Counted from the first letter of the whole stretch, positions 48,931 through 58,790 are shown. The stretch is 62,801 nucleotides of DNA, filler included, from 4 parts of 4 records of this genome joined end to end with filler, not necessarily neighbours in it, one strand, 5' to 3'. Notes: generated from the sequence alone by a model not told the origin. Numbers and translations are program-made.

Positions 48931-50106
48931 TCAGCCCTCGGCGCGCAAGTTGGCCAAGGCCGACACAAGGGGCAGGGCGCGTAGACTGTCCGCCAGCGGC
49001 ACCTCCTGCGCCCCGGCATAGACCAAGAGGCGCCGTGTAGCTCCGATGTCCTCAGCCCCGATGTGGAAGCCGCGCGAGACTTTGGGTGCTGTCGTTCGCT
49101 TGATCTCGATCGCCCAAACCGCGCCGCCCGGCAAGGTCAGCACGAGGTCCAGCTCGGCTCCGGCGGCGGTGCGGTAGAAGCTGGCTTCGGTGCCCGGCGG
49201 CGCTGCAGCGATAAGGGATTCGAGGCAGAACCCCTCCCAGCTGCCGCCGACGACCGGATGGGCCAGCAGGTTTTCCAGCGTGCCCAGGCCCAGTAGCGCA
49301 TGCACCAGGCCGCTGTCGCGGACGTAGACCTTAGGTGACTTCACCAGGCGCTTGCCGACATTCCTGTGCCAGGGCGGCAGGCGGCGCACCAGCATCAGAT
49401 CGACCAGCAAGTCCAGATACCGCCCCACCGTCTGGCCCGAGACTCCCAGCCCTTCGGCAAGGGCCGCCGCGTTCAGAAGCCCCCCTTGCGCATGGGCGAG
49501 CATCGTCCAGAACCGGTGCAGGGTGGTCGCCGGAACGCGTGGCCCCAAGGCGGGGATGTCGCGCTCCAGATAGGTGCGCAGGAAATCCTCGCGCCACTCT
49601 AGGCTGTCGCGATCACTTTCCGCTTGAAAGCTGTCAGGGAAGCCGCCGCGCAGCCAGAGCTGCGTGAGATGGTCGGCGCCGACCTCGGTCAGTTGCAGGG
49701 GCGGCATTTCGATGTAACGGACCCTCCCGGCGAGCGATTCCGCCGATTGCTGCAGCAGCAGGTTCGAGGCCGAGCCGAGCAGCAGGAACTGTCCGGTTCG
49801 CGCGCCCTCACGCCGCCGCCGGTCAATCTGCCCGCGCAGCGTCTGAAACAGGCCGGGCAGTTGCTGCACCTCGTCCAGGATGACCAGCTTTCCTGTCTGC
49901 TCATCAAGATAGAGGTCGGGTTCGGCCAGGATCTGCCGGTCGCCCTCGCGTTCTAGGTCCAGATAGACAGAGGGGCGTTGCGCGGCGATCTCCAGCGCCA
50001 GGGTTGTCTTGCCGACCTGACGCGGTCCCAGCAGGACGGTGGCGGCCTGCACGCGCAGGGCGGAAAGGACGGCATTCAGGGTGTCGCGAGAGTACATACC
50101 TTGCAT
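48931..50106 (-). CDS. AAA_14 ATPase with C-terminal DUF4143 domain
   Basis: GPRQVGKT, LDEVQ, LLGS, ESLAGR, GGFP, K.Y..DSG, ELD...AIEIK. Confidence 0.88.
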   Translation of the reverse strand: MQGMYSRDTLNAVLSALRVQAATVLLGPRQVGKTTLALEIAAQRPSVYLDLEREGDRQILAEPDLYLDEQTGKLVILDEVQQLPGLFQTLRGQIDRRRREGARTGQFLLLGSASNLLLQQSAESLAGRVRYIEMPPLQLTEVGADHLTQLWLRGGFPDSFQAESDRDSLEWREDFLRTYLERDIPALGPRVPATTLHRFWTMLAHAQGGLLNAAALAEGLGVSGQTVGRYLDLLVDLMLVRRLPPWHRNVGKRLVKSPKVYVRDSGLVHALLGLGTLENLLAHPVVGGSWEGFCLESLIAAAPPGTEASFYRTAAGAELDLVLTLPGGAVWAIEIKRTTAPKVSRGFHIGAEDIGATRRLLVYAGAQEVPLADSLRALPLVSALANLRAEG

Positions 50107-50895
50107 TTACTCCATAGTATGGAAGATTTGCAATGATAAATGGCCACTGCCCCGCAATCCCGGTCTTTCTGCCCGGTCCGGCAGCCTCTTCAAGGAAGAC
50201 CCTTGCCAGGATGTTGGTCTGCGGCGTGTCCGCTCGTGCATCACTTCCGGTCGGGTGCAGGTAGCCCGACGGGCTCTGTTGGAAACGCACTCCCGCAAGG
50301 GGCGCCGATGGCGGGCAGGTGGCCGTCCATTTGGCTTCATCCGGCAAGGCCTGCCTTGGCGCCTTGTTCGCGGTGCAGGGCGCCCTCGATGAAGCCCTTG
50401 GTTTCCACGCGCGGAACAACATCAGAGAAGACTTCCAGATAACCGCGCGCGTATTCCCTAGAGTGCCAAAGCGCATCGCCAGAAAACCGGCGTGTAAGAT
50501 GCAGAACAACAGAATTTTGCGCACATGCGGTGCCAAGCACCTGCGGCTCATGACGGTCTTGACGGTCCTATCGCAAAGGTCGAACAGGCGCCCTGTGGTG
50601 TCTGGCTGATCGAGGCGGCAACGATCCGGTTCGTCGGTGGTTGGGCGAACGCGGCGGCGGGGATGGCGGCCTTGGCAACCTTGCCTGCATCGAGGTGCTG
50701 GGTCTGGTTGGCGCACTGACCTCCCGGGCGACGTACCCGGCATCGCGCGCGACAGGTGCTCGCTTTCCAAGATGAACGGCCATCAATGCAGGGAACAACG
50801 ACGTTGCAGCAGCACGGCATGGACGCCTGCAACCTCTGGTTCAGGCCAAAACAATTGATAATATAGTAGATTGATTGTTATTGAAGAGGTCTCTG

Positions 50896-51996
50896 ATGCA
50901 AAGTTTTGCTGCGGTGTTCCGTCACCCGACGATCCCGGCCGCAATCGAGCCTGTCACGCTGGATGATCCGGCCGCGGGCGAGGTCAGGGTCCGCCTTTCT
51001 GGCTGCGGCTTGTGTCATACCGACTTTCTTGCCGCCAGCGGCGCGCTGCCCTTTCCGTTGCCGGCAGTGCTGGGCCACGAGGGGGCGGGTGTGGTTGAGG
51101 CCGTCGGCCCCGGTGTCGATCCCGCACTGATCGGTCGCTCGGTGGTGCTGTCCTTTCGGAGCTGCGGCCGCTGCCCGCGATGCCGGGCTGCGCAGTCGCC
51201 TTACTGCGACGACAAGCGCGCGCTGAACTTCTCGGGCCGCCGCCCGGATGGCACGAGCCCGTTCCGCGACCACAACGGGACTCCGCTGGGCGCCTGCTTC
51301 TTCGGCCAATCAAGCCTCGCACGGCATGCCAATGTCTCGCTGCGCAACCTCGTCGAGGTCCCTGCACGGGACGACCTCTGGATGCTGGGCGCCCTGGGAT
51401 GCGGGTTGCAGACCGGTGCCGGAGCGGTGCTGAACGTCCTGAAGCCCGAAGTCGGCGCCTCGGTCGTCATCATCGGTCTGGGCGCGGTGGGCTTCGCGGC
51501 GCTGATGGCGGCCAGGGCTTCGGGCGCGGATCCGATCATCGCCGTCGACCGCTCGCCCGAGCGGCTGGAGCTGGCGCGAGACTTCGGCGCAACCCATGCG
51601 GTGCTGGCCACGGGTGACGATGTCGCGGGCCAGATCCGCCAGATCACCGGCGGCGGTGCGGCCTATGCCGTGGAATGCGCGGGCAGTCCGGTGACGGCGG
51701 CGCTGGCGCTGGATGCGCTGGCGATGCTGGGCAAGGCCGCGATCTGCGGCGCGGCCTCGGGGCAGGGGCCTCTGATGTTTGACCCGCAGAAGCTGCTCTA
51801 CGGCCGCAGCCTCCGGGGCGTGGTGCAGGGCGACAGCGAGCCCCCGGTCTTCATCCCGCATCTGTTGCGGCTGCAGGCGGCGGGATTGTTCCCCTTCGAA
51901 CGGCTGGTGACGGGGTACGATTTCGACGACATCGGCGCCGCGCTGGCTGCCGCCAGGGAAGGGCGCGCGGTGAAGGCCGTGGCGCGCATGACATGA
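50896..51996 (+). CDS. Zn-dependent aryl/benzyl-alcohol dehydrogenase-like MDR
   Basis: CHTD, GHEG.G, C..C..C.......C, FFGQSS, LGCG.QTGAG, G.GAVG. Confidence 0.88.
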   Translation: MQSFAAVFRHPTIPAAIEPVTLDDPAAGEVRVRLSGCGLCHTDFLAASGALPFPLPAVLGHEGAGVVEAVGPGVDPALIGRSVVLSFRSCGRCPRCRAAQSPYCDDKRALNFSGRRPDGTSPFRDHNGTPLGACFFGQSSLARHANVSLRNLVEVPARDDLWMLGALGCGLQTGAGAVLNVLKPEVGASVVIIGLGAVGFAALMAARASGADPIIAVDRSPERLELARDFGATHAVLATGDDVAGQIRQITGGGAAYAVECAGSPVTAALALDALAMLGKAAICGAASGQGPLMFDPQKLLYGRSLRGVVQGDSEPPVFIPHLLRLQAAGLFPFERLVTGYDFDDIGAALAAAREGRAVKAVARMT

Positions 51997-52580
51997 TCCT
52001 CTACAGCCACCCCTTCTCTGGCAACGGCTGGAAAGTCCGCCTGTTCCTTTCGATGATCGGGCAGGGCTGCGAGATCCGCACCGTCGACATGCCGGGCGGC
52101 GAGAACCGCGGCCCCGCCTTTCTCGCCCTCAATCCCCGTGGGCAGGTTCCCGTACTGCAGGCGCCCGAGGGGGTGCTCTGGGATAGTCAGGCGATCCTCG
52201 TCTACCTCGCCGAGCGCCACGCGTCGGATTGGGCCGGGCGCGATGCCTTTGAGCGGGCCGCTGTTGCGCAATGGCTGTCCTTTTCTGTCAAGGAGGTCGC
52301 GACCGGATTGCAGGCGCTGCGGCTGCACCGGCTGATGGGCCGACCGCTGGATGTGTCCGCGGCCACCGCCACGGCCGAGGCGTCTCTGGCTGTGCTCGAG
52401 GGTTGGCTTGCAACCCGGGACTGGCTGGTCGGCGATCATCCGACGATCGCCGATGTCGCGGTCTATCCCTATGTTTCGATGGCGGGCGAGGCCGGCCTGT
52501 CGCTGGAGGCGACACCGGCGATCCGCCGCTGGATCGCGCGGATCGTGGCGCTGCCCGGCTTCCTGCCGATGACGGGTTAG
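51993..52580 (+). CDS. Glutathione S-transferase family protein
   Basis: SGN..KV, LNP.GQVPVL, DS.AIL.YLA, TIAD...YPY. Confidence 0.92.
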   Translation: MILYSHPFSGNGWKVRLFLSMIGQGCEIRTVDMPGGENRGPAFLALNPRGQVPVLQAPEGVLWDSQAILVYLAERHASDWAGRDAFERAAVAQWLSFSVKEVATGLQALRLHRLMGRPLDVSAATATAEASLAVLEGWLATRDWLVGDHPTIADVAVYPYVSMAGEAGLSLEATPAIRRWIARIVALPGFLPMTG

Positions 52581-53374
52581 AGGAGCCCTATGCGCCGCGC
52601 CCAATCACCCATTGCCGCCGCCGCTTCGGCCGGGCGTTCGACCGGCATCGCGTGGCTCGACCGTTCAATCGCCATCGCGGTGACGCGCGGGCCAAGCTCC
52701 GCGGCGATCTCGGCCTCGGTGCCCGCCGGGCGGAACGGGTCCTGCGCGCCGCGCAGATCGAGGATCGGGGCGACCCCGGCCGGACGCCAATCCTCGGGCC
52801 GGGTCGCGGCGCGGGCCTTGCGCTGCATCTCGACCACCGCGGGATGCCAGCCGGTCAGCCATTCGCGGGGATCGTTGCCGTCGGCGAAGAAGGCCAGTTT
52901 CAGTGCTGCCAGCCGGTCAGCCTCCGATGTCGCCGGATCGTTGATCTCGGTGATCGCGCGGCTGAGCGCGGGCGGCCAGGCCTTGGCCCCGGCGGCCAAA
53001 AACACCACGCCCGACACGAGGTCCGGATGATCCTGCGCCACGCAGCGCGCGATCCAGGCGCCATAGGCATGCCCTGCGACGATGGCCCGTCCGCCTTCGG
53101 CTCGGATGATGTCGGCCAGATCGCCAGTGAGGTCATGGAAGGTCACTCCCTCCATCGGCCCGACCGAGGGGGCGACTCCCCGCGGCTCGGGGCGCAACAC
53201 GCGGAAGCCCTGCCGCACCAGCCCGGCGGCCAGGGGCGCTAACTCGGCCCCGCAGCGCCCGGTCGAGGCGATCAGCACCACCAGCGGACCCGTGCCATCG
53301 GCCCGGTAGCCAAGCTGGCGCTGGCCCAGATCCAACACATTGGGTTCATCGGTGACGGGCGGGAATTCTGGCAT
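52577..53374 (-). CDS. Alpha/beta-hydrolase-fold protein lacking the catalytic Ser
   Basis: G.GP.VVLI, GHAYG elbow, G..D, C-terminal H...E.P. Confidence 0.8.
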   Translation of the reverse strand: MPEFPPVTDEPNVLDLGQRQLGYRADGTGPLVVLIASTGRCGAELAPLAAGLVRQGFRVLRPEPRGVAPSVGPMEGVTFHDLTGDLADIIRAEGGRAIVAGHAYGAWIARCVAQDHPDLVSGVVFLAAGAKAWPPALSRAITEINDPATSEADRLAALKLAFFADGNDPREWLTGWHPAVVEMQRKARAATRPEDWRPAGVAPILDLRGAQDPFRPAGTEAEIAAELGPRVTAMAIERSSHAMPVERPAEAAAAMGDWARRIGLL

Positions 53375-53423
53375 GGACTGAGGGACTTCGCAGGTGGTTG
53401 ACTTCGCTCGAGCGCCTATCATA

Positions 53424-53442
53424 CATAAAACTATCTTTTATG
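53424..53442. promoter_or_regulatory. Palindromic operator-like site, with related copies at 50855-50876 and 55006-55027
   Basis: CATAAAA-CTATC-TTTTATG in the divergent promoter region. Confidence 0.65.
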
Positions 53443-53479
53443 CAATTGACCGCCCCGAGGCGGCGATCCTGGGGGATTC

Positions 53480-54241
53480 ATGACCATCAATATCACTCGC
53501 GCCGAGGGCATCGCCCGAATCGAGATCGACGTCCCGCCGGTCAATGCCATCACCCTGCAGGATTACGCCGACATCCGCGATGCCTTCCGCGCCGCGCAGG
53601 ATTGGAGCGATGTGAACGTCATCCTGTTCACCGCAACCGGGCGCAAGGCTTTCTGCGCCGGGCTCGACCTGAACGAATTCCTCGCCGCGACCATTGATCA
53701 GGACCCGGGCCGCGCCCGCATCGTCCGGGATTGCTTCGCCGCCGTGCGCCATGCCCCGGTGCCGGTGATCTGCGCGATCAACGGCCCGGCTCTGGGGGCG
53801 GGGGCTGTGCTGGCCTCCTGCGCCGACATCCGCATCGCCGCCGACCACGTCCGCTTCTCGACGCCCGAGATCAACGTCGGCCGCTGCGGCGGCGCGTCGC
53901 ACATGATGCGCCACCTGCCGCAGGGCGTGCTGCGCCAGATGTATTTCACCGCCCGCCCGCTCTCGGTGCAGGAGGCGGCGACCTATGGCTTCGTGCAGAA
54001 GATCGTGCCCTATGCGGAACTCGATTCCGAGGCGATGGCGCTGGCGCGCGAGATCGCGGCCAAGGCGCCGATCGGCCTGCGCATGGCCAAGGAGGCGCTG
54101 AACAAGGTCGAATTCATGCAGACCGAGGATGGTTATCAGTTGGAGCAGAGCTATTCGACCGCGCTGATGGCCACCGAGGACGCGCGGGAGGCGACCCGCG
54201 CCGTGGTCGAGAAACGCGCGCCGGTCTGGAAGGGCCGCTGA
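53480..54241 (+). CDS. Enoyl-CoA hydratase/isomerase (crotonase) family protein
   Basis: PPVNA, FCAG.DL, PVI.AINGPALGAG, PEI.VG, K..L, EKR.P.W.GR. Confidence 0.92.
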   Translation: MTINITRAEGIARIEIDVPPVNAITLQDYADIRDAFRAAQDWSDVNVILFTATGRKAFCAGLDLNEFLAATIDQDPGRARIVRDCFAAVRHAPVPVICAINGPALGAGAVLASCADIRIAADHVRFSTPEINVGRCGGASHMMRHLPQGVLRQMYFTARPLSVQEAATYGFVQKIVPYAELDSEAMALAREIAAKAPIGLRMAKEALNKVEFMQTEDGYQLEQSYSTALMATEDAREATRAVVEKRAPVWKGR

Positions 54242-54242
54242 G

Positions 54243-55004
54243 ATGCCGGTGCTGACCCTCGCGGACGGTCATGCGCTGGCCTATTCGGTCACCGGCCCCG
54301 AGGGCGCGCCCTGGCTGGTGCTCGGCAATTCTCTGATGACGACGCAGGCGATCTGGGCCGAACAGGTCGCCGCCTTCTCGGGTCGGTTCCGGGTGCTGAC
54401 CTGGGACCAGCGCGGTCATGGTGACTCGGCCCTCCCGGACGGGCTGCTGAACATGGCGACGCTGGCGGCGGATCTGGTCGCGCTTTGCGAGGCGCTCAAT
54501 GTGACCGGCGCGACCTATGTCGGCCTGTCGATGGGCGTGCCGACCGGGTTGACGGCGCTGCCGGCGCTGGCCGGCCGGGTCACGCAGCTGGTTCTGGTCG
54601 ACGGCCTTGCCGCCTCGTCCGGCGCGGCCTTCTGGGATGAGCGCATCGCCTTCGCGCGTGAGAACGGCATGGCGGCGCTGGCCGCGCAGACCGCCGAGCG
54701 CTGGCTGCCCTCGGATGCGTACAAGCGGCCGCAGCTAGCGTCGATGATCGCCTCGGTCCCGCTCGAGGGCTTCACCGCCTGCGCCCATGCTTTGCGCGGC
54801 TATGACGCCCGCGCCGCCTTCGAGGATTTCGTCGGTCCGGTCCGGCTGATCGCCGGCGAGGCTGATGAGCGGATCGTGCCGGGGATGCAGGCGCTCGCGA
54901 CCATCAAGCCCGGCACCCGGCTGGCGCTGATCCCCGGCGCCGGGCATCTACCCTGTTTCGAGGCGCCGAAGGCCTTCAACGCCCTGCTCGCCGAAACTCT
55001 ATAA
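54243..55004 (+). CDS. 3-oxoadipate enol-lactonase (PcaD)-like alpha/beta hydrolase
   Basis: NSL, W..Q, D.RGHG.S, GLSMG, W..RI, RW, GH...E.P..F. Confidence 0.8.
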   Translation: MPVLTLADGHALAYSVTGPEGAPWLVLGNSLMTTQAIWAEQVAAFSGRFRVLTWDQRGHGDSALPDGLLNMATLAADLVALCEALNVTGATYVGLSMGVPTGLTALPALAGRVTQLVLVDGLAASSGAAFWDERIAFARENGMAALAAQTAERWLPSDAYKRPQLASMIASVPLEGFTACAHALRGYDARAAFEDFVGPVRLIAGEADERIVPGMQALATIKPGTRLALIPGAGHLPCFEAPKAFNALLAETL

Positions 55005-55080
55005 TCATAAAAGATAGTCTATTGATTTATACGGAGTCGGCAGGCTATGCTGACCCCGTTGCAAGAGAGGCCCCGATGCG

Positions 55081-55737
55081 ATGATCCTGTTGTGGTCACC
55101 CAAATCCCCCTTCGTGCGCAAGGTGATGATCCTCGCGCATGAGCTGGGTATCGCCGAGGCGCTGGAGCTGCAGCGCGAGGTGGCGGTGCCGCGCGGCGTG
55201 CCGAATCCCGCCATCATGGCCGTCAATCCGCTGGGCAAGATCCCGGCGCTGATCCGCGAGGAAGGCCCCGCCCTGATCGGCTCGGCCGAGATCCTCGACT
55301 ATCTGTGCGAGGTCACGCCGGGTGGTCGCGCCCTGCTGCCCGCCTCGGGCGAGGCGCGGGTGGTGCAGCTGCGCTGGCAGGCGCTGGCCGACCAGCTGAC
55401 CGAAGTGCTGCTCGACTGGCGCATCGCCGCCACCGGCCCGCAGGGCATCGACGCCGCGCGCCGCGAAAGCTTCGAGGCCAAGGTGCGCGCCGGCATGGCC
55501 CTGTTCGAGGCGGAGGCGCCGCTTCTGCGCGATGCGCCCTTCGGCCCAGGGCCGATCGCCCTGACCTGCGCGCTGGGTCAGCTCGATTTTCGCTATCCCG
55601 ACTGCGGATGGCGCGCGGCCTTTCCCGCGCTCGCCCGCCTCGCTGCCGAGACGGCCGGCAGACCCTCGGTCGCGGCGACGGCCATCGTCAACGATCAGGG
55701 CGATTCCGGCCCCGACCTTCAGCTTACCTTCGAGTGA
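55081..55737 (+). CDS. Glutathione S-transferase family protein (YibF-like)
   Basis: SPFVRKV, NPLGKIP.L, S..I..YL, CALG.LDFR. Confidence 0.9.
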   Translation: MILLWSPKSPFVRKVMILAHELGIAEALELQREVAVPRGVPNPAIMAVNPLGKIPALIREEGPALIGSAEILDYLCEVTPGGRALLPASGEARVVQLRWQALADQLTEVLLDWRIAATGPQGIDAARRESFEAKVRAGMALFEAEAPLLRDAPFGPGPIALTCALGQLDFRYPDCGWRAAFPALARLAAETAGRPSVAATAIVNDQGDSGPDLQLTFE

Positions 55738-55740
55738 CAT

Positions 55741-56205
55741 ATGCCCGGACCCCTTTCCCATATCCGAGTCCTTGACCTGAGCCGCATCATGGCCGGCCCC
55801 TGGTGTACCCAGACGCTGGCCGATCTCGGTGCCGAGGTCATCAAGGTCGAGCGCGACGGCGTCGGCGACGACACCCGCCGCTGGGGTCCGCCCTGGCTCA
55901 AAGACAAGACCGGCGCCGATACCCGCGAGAGCGGCTATTACCTCTCGGTCAACCGTGGCAAGCGCTCGGTTGCTGTCAACCTCGCCTCGCCCGAGGGGCA
56001 GGAGGTGGTGCGCCGCATCGCCGCCACCGCCGACATCGTCGTCGAGAATTTCCGCCCCGGGACGCTGGAACGCTATGGCCTCGGCTACGGCGATCTGAAG
56101 GCGGTGAAGCCCGACCTGATCTTCGCCTCGATCACCGGCTTCGGCGCGACCGGTCCCCGGCGCAATGATTCCGCCTATGATTTCATGATCCAGGCGATGG
56201 GCGGG
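55741..56205 (+). CDS. CaiB/BaiF family III CoA transferase, 3'-truncated
   Basis: VLDLSRI.AGP, LADLGAEVIKVE, NRGKRS, ENFRPG, SITGFG..GP, YD...QA.GG. Confidence 0.93.
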
Positions 56206-56305
56206 NNNNNNNNNNNNNNNNNNNNNNNNNNNNNNNNNNNNNNNNNNNNTTAATTAATTAANNNNNNNNNNNNNNNNNNNNNNNNNNNNNNNNNNNNNNN
56301 NNNNN
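56206..56305. other. Artificial contig linker
   Basis: N44-TTAATTAATTAA-N44. Confidence 0.98.
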
Positions 56306-56892
56306 TGTTTTATAGAAGCATCTATAAGCTCTATAAAGTTATGCGGTAATACTTTTGTTGATAATCCTACAGCAATTCCTTCTGCTCCCTGAGCTAACAG
56401 TAAGGGAAATTTTACAGGAAGATTAATCGGTTCCTTCTTCCTGCCGTCATAACTAAGTTGCCATTCTGTGATTTTCGGACTGTAAACAACTTCTAATCCG
56501 AATTTAGAAATTCGTGCTTCAATATAACGTGAAGCAGCAGCACTGTCTCCCGTTAATATATTTCCCCAGTTTCCCTGGGTATCAATTAGCAAATCTTTTT
56601 GACCAATTTGCACCATGGCATCTCCAATACTAGCATCTCCATGAGGGTGATACTGCATGGTATGCCCTACAATGTTTGCTACTTTATTGTATCGGCCATC
56701 ATCTAGTTCTTTTAAAGAATGCATAATTCTACGTTGCACTGGCTTAAAACCATCTTCAATAGCTGGCACTGCACGTTCTAAAATTACATACGAAGCATAA
56801 TCCAAAAACCAATCTTTGTACATTCCGCCAACACGAGTGATGGTTTCTTGACTGTTATTTTCTTCCGGATTTAATTCTGTATTCTCTTCCAT
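56306..56892 (-). CDS. parC: DNA topoisomerase IV/gyrase subunit A family (Bacteroidetes ParC-type), 3'-truncated
   Basis: YASYVI.ERA.P...DG.KPVQRR, YHPHGD, AA.RY.E, GIAVG. Confidence 0.88.
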
Positions 56893-56936
56893 AAAAGGTT
56901 AGTAGGGTATTATTTTAAATAGCTGATTTTTAACTA

Positions 56937-58790
56937 TTATTCTTCTATTACATCAAGTTCTACTCGAAGGTTATTTATAATGAATTTTTGACGATCGGGA
57001 GTGTTTTTCCCCATGTAAAATTCTAATAAACTTTCAATCGACATTGATTTATCAAGCATTACTGGGTCTAAACGAATATCATCTCCAATGAAATGTTGAA
57101 ACTCATCTGGTGAAATTTCCCCCAAACCTTTAAATCGAGTTATTTCTGGTTTCCCAATTAACTTCTCAATTGCCTCTTTTCTTTCATCCTCACTATAACA
57201 ATAGATGGTCTCTTTTTTATTACGAACTCTAAACAAAGGAGTTTGCAAAATATACAAATGTCCCTCTTTAATCAATTCAGGAAAAAACTGTAAGAAAAAA
57301 GTAATTAACAACAATCGGATGTGCATTCCATCTACATCGGCATCGGTTGCTATTACAATATTATTATACCGAAGGTCTTCCATTGACTCTTCTATATTTA
57401 ATGCCGCTTGTAATAAATTAAACTCCTCGTTTTCATACACAATTTTTTTAGTCATTCCGTAGGTATTCAAGGGCTTTCCACGTAAGCTAAATACCGCTTG
57501 TGTATTAACGTCTCTAGATTTGGTAATGGATCCCGAAGCGGAATCTCCCTCTGTTATAAACAAAGTAGTTTCTAAAGAACGTTGGTTTTTGGTATCACCC
57601 AGATGCACTCTACAATCGCGAAGCTTTTTATTGTGCAAACTTGCTTTTTTAGCCCTGTCTTTAGCTAGTTTTCTAATTCCAGAAAGCTCTTTACGTTCTC
57701 TCTCTGCTGCTAGAATTTTTCGCTGAATTTTATCGGCTACTTCTGCATTCTTATGTAAGAAATTATCAAGGTGCGTTCCTACAAAATCGTTGATATAGGT
57801 TCTTACCGTTGGCAAATTGCCTCCCATATCTGTAGAACCTAATTTAGTTTTTGTCTGACTTTCAAAAACGGGCTCCATTACTTTTATAGAAATAGCAGCA
57901 ATAACTGATTTTCTAATATCGGAAGCATCATAATTTTTTCCGTAGAAATCGCGTAATGTTTTAACAATTGCTTCTCTAAAAGCAGCCAAATGCGTTCCAC
58001 CTTGGGTTGTATTTTGTCCGTTTACAAAAGAGTGATATTCTTCGCTATACTGCGTTCTACTGTGAGTTATTGCTACTTCGATATCGTCCCCACGCAAATG
58101 AATAATTGGATACAGCATATCTTCTTTATTGGTAGTATCTTCCAATAAATCTTTTAATCCATTTTCAGAATAAAACTTTTCTCCATTAAAAATAATGGTT
58201 AACCCTGGATTAAGATATACGTAATTTCGAATCATTTTTTCTACATATTCATTTCTGAATTTGTAGTTTTTAAAAATGGTGTCATCTGGGATAAAGGAAA
58301 CTTTTGTTCCTCTCCGCCTACTTGTTTCGTCTAATTCTTCTTCATTTACAAGGTTTCCTTGCTCAAATTCTGCCGCCTTAGATTTGTTATCTCGATTTGA
58401 TTCGACTCTAAAAGAAGAAGAAAGAGCATTTACCGCTTTGGTACCAACTCCGTTTAGACCAACCGATTTTTTAAAGGCTCTAGAATCGTATTTCCCACCG
58501 GTATTCATTTTAGATACAACATCTACCACTTTTCCTAATGGAATCCCTCGTCCATAATCGCGTACAATAACTTTATTTCCCTGAATAGAAACTTCAATGG
58601 TTTTTCCTGCACCCATAACGAATTCATCGATACAGTTATCGAGTACTTCCTTTATGAGGATATAAATTCCGTCGTCTGCAGAAGAACCATCGCCTAATTT
58701 CCCAATATACATACCAGGACGCATGCGGATATGCTCCTTCCAGTCTAACGAACGTATATTGTCTTCTGTATACTTAGTAATTTCCGACAT
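56937..58790 (-). CDS. parE: DNA topoisomerase IV subunit B (Bacteroidetes ParE-type)
   Basis: HIR.RPGMYIG, E..DN..DE, GRGIP, EGDSA, LRGK.LN, TDADVDG.HI, RFKGLGE. Confidence 0.9.
   Translation of the reverse strand: MSEITKYTEDNIRSLDWKEHIRMRPGMYIGKLGDGSSADDGIYILIKEVLDNCIDEFVMGAGKTIEVSIQGNKVIVRDYGRGIPLGKVVDVVSKMNTGGKYDSRAFKKSVGLNGVGTKAVNALSSSFRVESNRDNKSKAAEFEQGNLVNEEELDETSRRRGTKVSFIPDDTIFKNYKFRNEYVEKMIRNYVYLNPGLTIIFNGEKFYSENGLKDLLEDTTNKEDMLYPIIHLRGDDIEVAITHSRTQYSEEYHSFVNGQNTTQGGTHLAAFREAIVKTLRDFYGKNYDASDIRKSVIAAISIKVMEPVFESQTKTKLGSTDMGGNLPTVRTYINDFVGTHLDNFLHKNAEVADKIQRKILAAERERKELSGIRKLAKDRAKKASLHNKKLRDCRVHLGDTKNQRSLETTLFITEGDSASGSITKSRDVNTQAVFSLRGKPLNTYGMTKKIVYENEEFNLLQAALNIEESMEDLRYNNIVIATDADVDGMHIRLLLITFFLQFFPELIKEGHLYILQTPLFRVRNKKETIYCYSEDERKEAIEKLIGKPEITRFKGLGEISPDEFQHFIGDDIRLDPVMLDKSMSIESLLEFYMGKNTPDRQKFIINNLRVELDVIEE

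Noticed and set aside
49904..50770. 288-aa minus-strand ORF
   Set aside because: Overlaps the ATPase out of frame, has atypical composition and no motifs
54243..55004. Canonical beta-ketoadipate (pca) operon
   Set aside because: No pcaB/C/G/H/I/J/F nearby; only the fold-level similarity is supported
50896..55737. Lignin beta-etherase (LigDEFG) pathway
   Set aside because: The dehydrogenase is a Zn-MDR rather than a LigD-type SDR, and I see no LigE/F/G-specific features in the GSTs
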